Source of the DNA: Anaeromyxobacteraceae bacterium
Lineage (GTDB): Bacteria > Myxococcota > Myxococcia > Myxococcales > Anaeromyxobacteraceae
Reading direction: 5' to 3'
Assembly: GCA_047602405.1 (NCBI GenBank)
Contig: JASGHJ010000002.1
Span: forward strand, 96,001 to 160,000
DNA length: 64,000 bases
Shown one piece after another: positions 60,003 to 64,000 of the stretch; the first letter of the stretch is position 1, and each line of letters begins with the position of its first letter. Under the pieces are notes generated by a model. The model saw nothing but the letters and a program-made list of their open reading frames with translations, was not told the DNA's origin and searched no databases. Made by a program: the position numbers and the translations under genes.

Positions 60003-61049
60003 GTGACCGCCGCCCCCTCCGCCGTCCCCGCGAAGGTGCTCGCCGCCTGGGGGCTCGAGGCCTTCCTCGCCACGCCCGTCGATGCCGGGCTCATCAACCG
60101 CACGTTCGTCGTGAGTGCACCGGGTGGGCGATGGATCCTGCAGTGGGTGAACCCGATCTTCGGGCCCGAGGTGAACGAGGACATCGAGGCGGTGAGCGCC
60201 CACCTCGCGGCGCAGGGCTTCCCGGTGCCGCGCCTCGTGCGGACGCGCGTGGGGGCGCTCTCGGTCGCGGACGCCGCGGGTGGCCACTGGCGCCTCATGA
60301 CCTTCGTCGCCGGGCTCACCTTCCACAAGGCGACCGGCCCCGCGCTCTGCGAGAGCGCGGGCAGGCTGGTCGGGCGGTTCCACCGCACCGTCGCCGACCT
60401 CGGCCACGTGTTCGCGCACCGCCGCCCCCACGTGCACGACACGCCCCGGCACCTCGCGCACCTCGCGGAGGTGCTCGCGCGGCGGGCCGACCACCGGAAC
60501 CACGCGCTCGTCGCGCCGGTGGCCCCGGAGATCCTCGCGCGCGGCGCGGACCTCCCGCGGGTCGAGGGCCTGCCTCAGCGGGTCGTGCACGGCGACCTCA
60601 AGCTCTCGAACGTGCTCTTCTCGCCGGAGGGCGAGGCGATCGCGCTCATCGACCTCGACACGCTCGCGCGCATGAGCGTCGTGCTCGAGCTCGGCGACGC
60701 GTGGCGCTCCTGGTGCAACCCGGCCGGCGAGGACGACCCCGCGGCCGCGCGGCTCGACCTCGGGCTCTTCGAGGCCTCGGTGCGCGGCTACGCGGAGGGC
60801 GCGGCGGGGCTGCTCGAGCCCGCCGAGGTCGCGGCGCTGCCGAGGGCGGTCGAGCTCATCGCGCTCGAGCTGTCCGCGCGCTTCTGCGCGGACGCGCTCG
60901 ACGAGAGCTACTTCGGCTGGGACCGCAGCCGGTTCCCGAGCGCGAGCGAGCACAACCTGCTCCGCGCGCGCGGCCAGCTCGCCCTCGCGCGGTCGGCGGC
61001 CGACCAGCGCGCGGCGCAGGAGCGGGTGGTGGCGGGGGCGTTCGGGTAG
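60003..61049 (+). CDS. aminoglycoside-phosphotransferase-like kinase (NahK-like)
   Basis: GLINRTF, LQWVNP, HGDLKLSNVLF, IDLDT, GDA.RS, HNL.RA..Q. Confidence 0.9.
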   Translation: MTAAPSAVPAKVLAAWGLEAFLATPVDAGLINRTFVVSAPGGRWILQWVNPIFGPEVNEDIEAVSAHLAAQGFPVPRLVRTRVGALSVADAAGGHWRLMTFVAGLTFHKATGPALCESAGRLVGRFHRTVADLGHVFAHRRPHVHDTPRHLAHLAEVLARRADHRNHALVAPVAPEILARGADLPRVEGLPQRVVHGDLKLSNVLFSPEGEAIALIDLDTLARMSVVLELGDAWRSWCNPAGEDDPAAARLDLGLFEASVRGYAEGAAGLLEPAEVAALPRAVELIALELSARFCADALDESYFGWDRSRFPSASEHNLLRARGQLALARSAADQRAAQERVVAGAFG

Positions 61050-61170
61050 CGATCGGCGGCTGCGGGGTGCGCCGGCGGCGGGGTGCGCCAGGTCCTGTTG
61101 CGACTCGTTCGCAAACACTTCCGCGGAGGAAGTCCCGGGGCTCCGGCGACCCAACCCCTGAGTGAGCCGG

Positions 61171-61362
61171 TCAGCTTCTCGCTATCAAGATTGATAGCGG
61201 CTCCCGCCGACCGCGGAGGCGTGGGGTCGTCGCCACCAGGTCCTCGATGCCCGCAAAGCCGTACCCGTGCTCCACGAGCATCCAGAAAAAGAGGGCCAGC
61301 GAGGCGAGGGCCGTGGCGACCCGCGCCACCCACCGCCACGCTCCGAGCGCTCCCGTGCCCAT
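61171..61362 (-). CDS. putative small single-TM membrane peptide (63 aa)
   Basis: TM ATALASLALFFWMLV; TACGCT 7 nt before the ATG, as for other apparently leaderless genes here. Confidence 0.4.
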   Translation of the reverse strand: MGTGALGAWRWVARVATALASLALFFWMLVEHGYGFAGIEDLVATTPRLRGRREPLSILIARS

Positions 61363-61594
61363 GCCTCCCAGCGTACCGCGTCGCCGGGCAAGACCGCGGT
61401 CGAGCCCGCGCCGACCGTGCTCAGGCGCACCACGAGCGTGGTCCGCCTTAGGGGTCTGGTTCAAGCGCTTGAACTCGCGAATTAAGTCGCGCAACCGCCC
61501 GCGACGACTCGGATTGTCGGTTTGTCATCAAGCGGCCGGCCCCCAACGTCGGCCCGGCCACGCCCTTCACCCTCCGTCACCGCCAGCCTTCCGC

Positions 61595-62992
61595 CTACTC
61601 CAGCGCCTCCAGCGCGGCCTGCACGGAGTCCACCCCCACGAGCTCGATCCCCTTCGGCGCCTCGGCGTGGCGGGCGTTCGCGGCGGGGAGGAGCGCGCGC
61701 TCGAAGCCGAGGCGGGCGGCCTCGGCGAGGCGGACCTCGGGCTGGCTGACGGCGCGGACCTCGCCGGCGAGGCCGATCTCGCCGAGGAGCAGCGTGCGGG
61801 CGGGGACGGGGCGGTTGCGGAACGAGGACGACAGCGCGGCGGCGCAGGCGAGATCGGCGGCGGGGTCGTCGATGCTGAGGCCGCCGGCGACGTTCACGAA
61901 GATGTCGCAGCCGGAGATCTCGAGGTCGAGCTTCTTCTTGAGCACCGCGGCGAGCATCGCGACGCGGGCGGAGTCGAGGCCGAGCGAGGTGCGGCGCGGC
62001 GTGCCGCCCTGGTAGGCGGCGTCGGAGACGAGCGCCTGGATCTCGCAGAGGATGGTGCGGGTGCCGTTGAGGACCGCGGTGACCGCGGAGCCGGACGCGC
62101 CCTCGGGGCGCTCGGCGAGGAAGAGCGCGGAGGGGTTCGGGACCTCGGCGAGGCCGCCGGCCTTCATCTCGAAGACGCCGATCTCGCTCGCCGAGCCGAA
62201 GCGGTTCTTGTGCGCGCGCAGCACGCGGTACGGGTGGGCGCCGCCGCCCTCGAAGTAGAGGACGGTGTCGACCATGTGCTCGAGCACGCGCGGGCCGGCG
62301 ATGGAGCCGTCCTTCGTCACGTGCCCGACGAGGAACACCGGCGTCTCGGTGGTCTTCGCGTACGCCATGAGGCGCGCGGCGACCTCGCGGATCTGGGTGA
62401 CGGTGCCGGGCGCGCTCTGGAGCTCCGGCAGGTACTGCGTCTGGATCGAGTCGACCGCGACCGCGGCGGGCGTGAGCGCGTCGGCGGCGTGCAGCACCTT
62501 GCCGGCGTCGGTCTCGGCGAGCACCTGCAGGTTCGGGGCGGAGACCTGCAGGCGGTCGGCCCGGAGCTTCACCTGGCGCGCCGACTCCTCGCCGGAGACG
62601 TAGAGCACGGGCTTGTCGGGCGTGGTGCGGGCGAGCCGGTCGAGCGCGGCGAGCAGCAGCGTCGACTTCCCGATGCCGGGGTCGCCGCCGAGGAGCACGA
62701 GCGAGCCGGGCACGACCCCGCCGCCGAGCACGCGGTCGAGCTCGGCGATGCCGGTGTGGCAGCGCAATTCGACGTCGGCGGTGACCTCGCGGAGCGGAAC
62801 GGGCTTCGTGGAGCCCGAGGTGCCCCAGCCGCGCACGAGCGCGCCGGCCTTCGGCTCCGGCGCGGCGACCTCCTCCTGCAGCGTGTTCCACTGCTTGCAG
62901 GAGGGGCACTGGCCGAGCCACTTCGGGCTCGAGTGGCCGCACTCGGCGCAGGCGTAGACGGTCTTCGTGCGCGAGGCGCCGGGGCGGGACAT
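61595..62992 (-). CDS. radA: DNA repair protein RadA/Sms
   Basis: C4 zinc finger, GDPGIGKST, KNRFG, GEIGLAGEVR. Confidence 0.97.
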   Translation of the reverse strand: MSRPGASRTKTVYACAECGHSSPKWLGQCPSCKQWNTLQEEVAAPEPKAGALVRGWGTSGSTKPVPLREVTADVELRCHTGIAELDRVLGGGVVPGSLVLLGGDPGIGKSTLLLAALDRLARTTPDKPVLYVSGEESARQVKLRADRLQVSAPNLQVLAETDAGKVLHAADALTPAAVAVDSIQTQYLPELQSAPGTVTQIREVAARLMAYAKTTETPVFLVGHVTKDGSIAGPRVLEHMVDTVLYFEGGGAHPYRVLRAHKNRFGSASEIGVFEMKAGGLAEVPNPSALFLAERPEGASGSAVTAVLNGTRTILCEIQALVSDAAYQGGTPRRTSLGLDSARVAMLAAVLKKKLDLEISGCDIFVNVAGGLSIDDPAADLACAAALSSSFRNRPVPARTLLLGEIGLAGEVRAVSQPEVRLAEAARLGFERALLPAANARHAEAPKGIELVGVDSVQAALEALE

Positions 62993-63029
62993 CCGTGCAG
63001 GGTAGCGCGGGGGTCCGACAGGCCCGGCT

Positions 63030-63078
63030 CCTTCGACTTCGCCTGCCCTGCGCCTGTCGAAGGGCTCAGGATGAGCGG
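63030..63078 (+). repeat. REP-like palindromic element
   Basis: CCTTCGAC...GTCGAAGG stem followed by GCTCAGGATGAGCGG, intergenic. Confidence 0.7.
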
Positions 63079-63081
63079 AGC

Positions 63082-64000
63082 CTACTGCCCCCCGCCCGCG
63101 AACTCCGGCCGGCAGAGCACGTGCCCGAGCTGCCGCTCCTCGCGGCCGCGCACCTTGCAGCCGTAACCGGGGCCGTCCATCGAGGCGCCGCCCGCGAGCC
63201 AGGCGACGTCCCAGCGGTCGAGCCGCCCGCAGACCGCGTCGCGGTGCGCGTCGACCTCGCCGATGGTGACCGGGAGGTAGCCGCCCGGGCAGGCCGGGCC
63301 GGCGACCTTCACCACGCTGCGCGGGTCGAAGGGCGCGGGGGCGCGGGGCGGATCGCGGTACGCAGGATCGCGCTCCGGCGGCGGGTCGCGGTAGACGGGC
63401 GGCTCGCGCCGTGGGGCGTGCGGGTTGGCCGCCCCCACGAGGCACTGCCCGGAGTCCCCGCCGGCGCCGCGCACCGGCGCGCCCGTGAAGATCCGCACCT
63501 CGAAGCGGCCGCGGCGCGGGCGGTCGAGGTCGAACCCGGTGCAGCCCGGGGTCCGCGCGCAGAGCGCGATCGCCTCGTTGAGCGTCCGCTCGCCGGCGCG
63601 CCGCGGGCCCCGGTCCCGGCGGCGCTCGCCGGGTCGCCGCTCGCCGGGGCCCTCGCAGCGCCCGGCCTCCGGGACGAGCGCGAGGCGCACCGCCGGGTCG
63701 AGGGCCATCCAGGTGAAGCAGGTGTCGCCGCCGCCCTCGGCCTCGAACGGCGCGTGGCCGAACAGGTTGCAGTCGAAGCGGCCGCGGTCCGGCCGGGCGA
63801 GGTCGAAGCCATTGCAGCCGGGCGTGTCGTCGCAGAGGACGCGGCACTCGGCGGGCGTGCGCTGGCCCTCGAAGCGCGGCCAGCCGTGCTCGTCCCAGCC
63901 CGGGCCGCGGCAGGAGCCGGCGAGGGGCACGTAGCCGGTCCCGGGCGGCGGCGGATCGGCGAGGGCCGCCCCCGGCGCGGCGGCGAGGAGCAGCGCCGCC
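63082..64000 (-). CDS. exported protein with two PAN/apple-like repeats and a C-terminal aerolysin APT-like domain (start outside window)
   Basis: Tail of a signal peptide at the window edge; C..LC..TPGC.GFDL twice; CPGGYLPV...W....LAGG...GPGY. Confidence 0.75.
   Translation of the reverse strand, partial: AALLLAAAPGAALADPPPPGTGYVPLAGSCRGPGWDEHGWPRFEGQRTPAECRVLCDDTPGCNGFDLARPDRGRFDCNLFGHAPFEAEGGGDTCFTWMALDPAVRLALVPEAGRCEGPGERRPGERRRDRGPRRAGERTLNEAIALCARTPGCTGFDLDRPRRGRFEVRIFTGAPVRGAGGDSGQCLVGAANPHAPRREPPVYRDPPPERDPAYRDPPRAPAPFDPRSVVKVAGPACPGGYLPVTIGEVDAHRDAVCGRLDRWDVAWLAGGASMDGPGYGCKVRGREERQLGHVLCRPEFAGGGQ

Noticed and set aside
61459..61491. parS or dif site
   Set aside because: Does not match TGTTNCACGTGNAACA or the XerD arm TTATGTTAAAT

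Overview
Very GC-rich bacterial chromosomal window with about 60 genes. Gene content is typical of Myxococcota, most like Anaeromyxobacter (inferred from the spdEFG1-type fusA, an MrpAB-like pair and an MXAN_6577-type Cys-rich lipoprotein). Most of it is housekeeping and accessory metabolism: fusA, fabI, iscA/erpA-type carrier, pduO, galU, glpK, radA, crcB, mobA, ABC transporters and two-component genes. It also has a riboswitch-controlled cobalamin uptake locus. I found no tRNA, rRNA, CRISPR array or transposase. Main observations: (1) a 740-bp gap between fabI and an MBL hydrolase holds two diverged ~245-270 bp rod-like units in inverted orientation, with covarying terminal stems, around a 20-bp tandem repeat. 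This is a candidate pair of structured RNAs or a MITE/REPIN-like element. (2) A five-gene ECF sigma/anti-sigma cluster has two identical-architecture GGAACC-N16-CGTC promoters, and its exported proteins all carry Met/His/Cys-rich motifs. (3) A CutF/CruR-like Cys/His leader ORF ends in PPPRA. (4) A 17-bp tandem repeat encodes a chain of ATGA-coupled hexapeptide ORFs leading into an ABC operon. (5) A REP-like palindrome is translated in frame inside btuF. (6) A sigma54-type promoter lies ahead of a small conserved gene plus comEA. (7) Four single-base frameshifts and one lost stop are present, three of them GATC->GATTC, probably sequencing artefacts. Family assignments come from motif recognition, not database searches.
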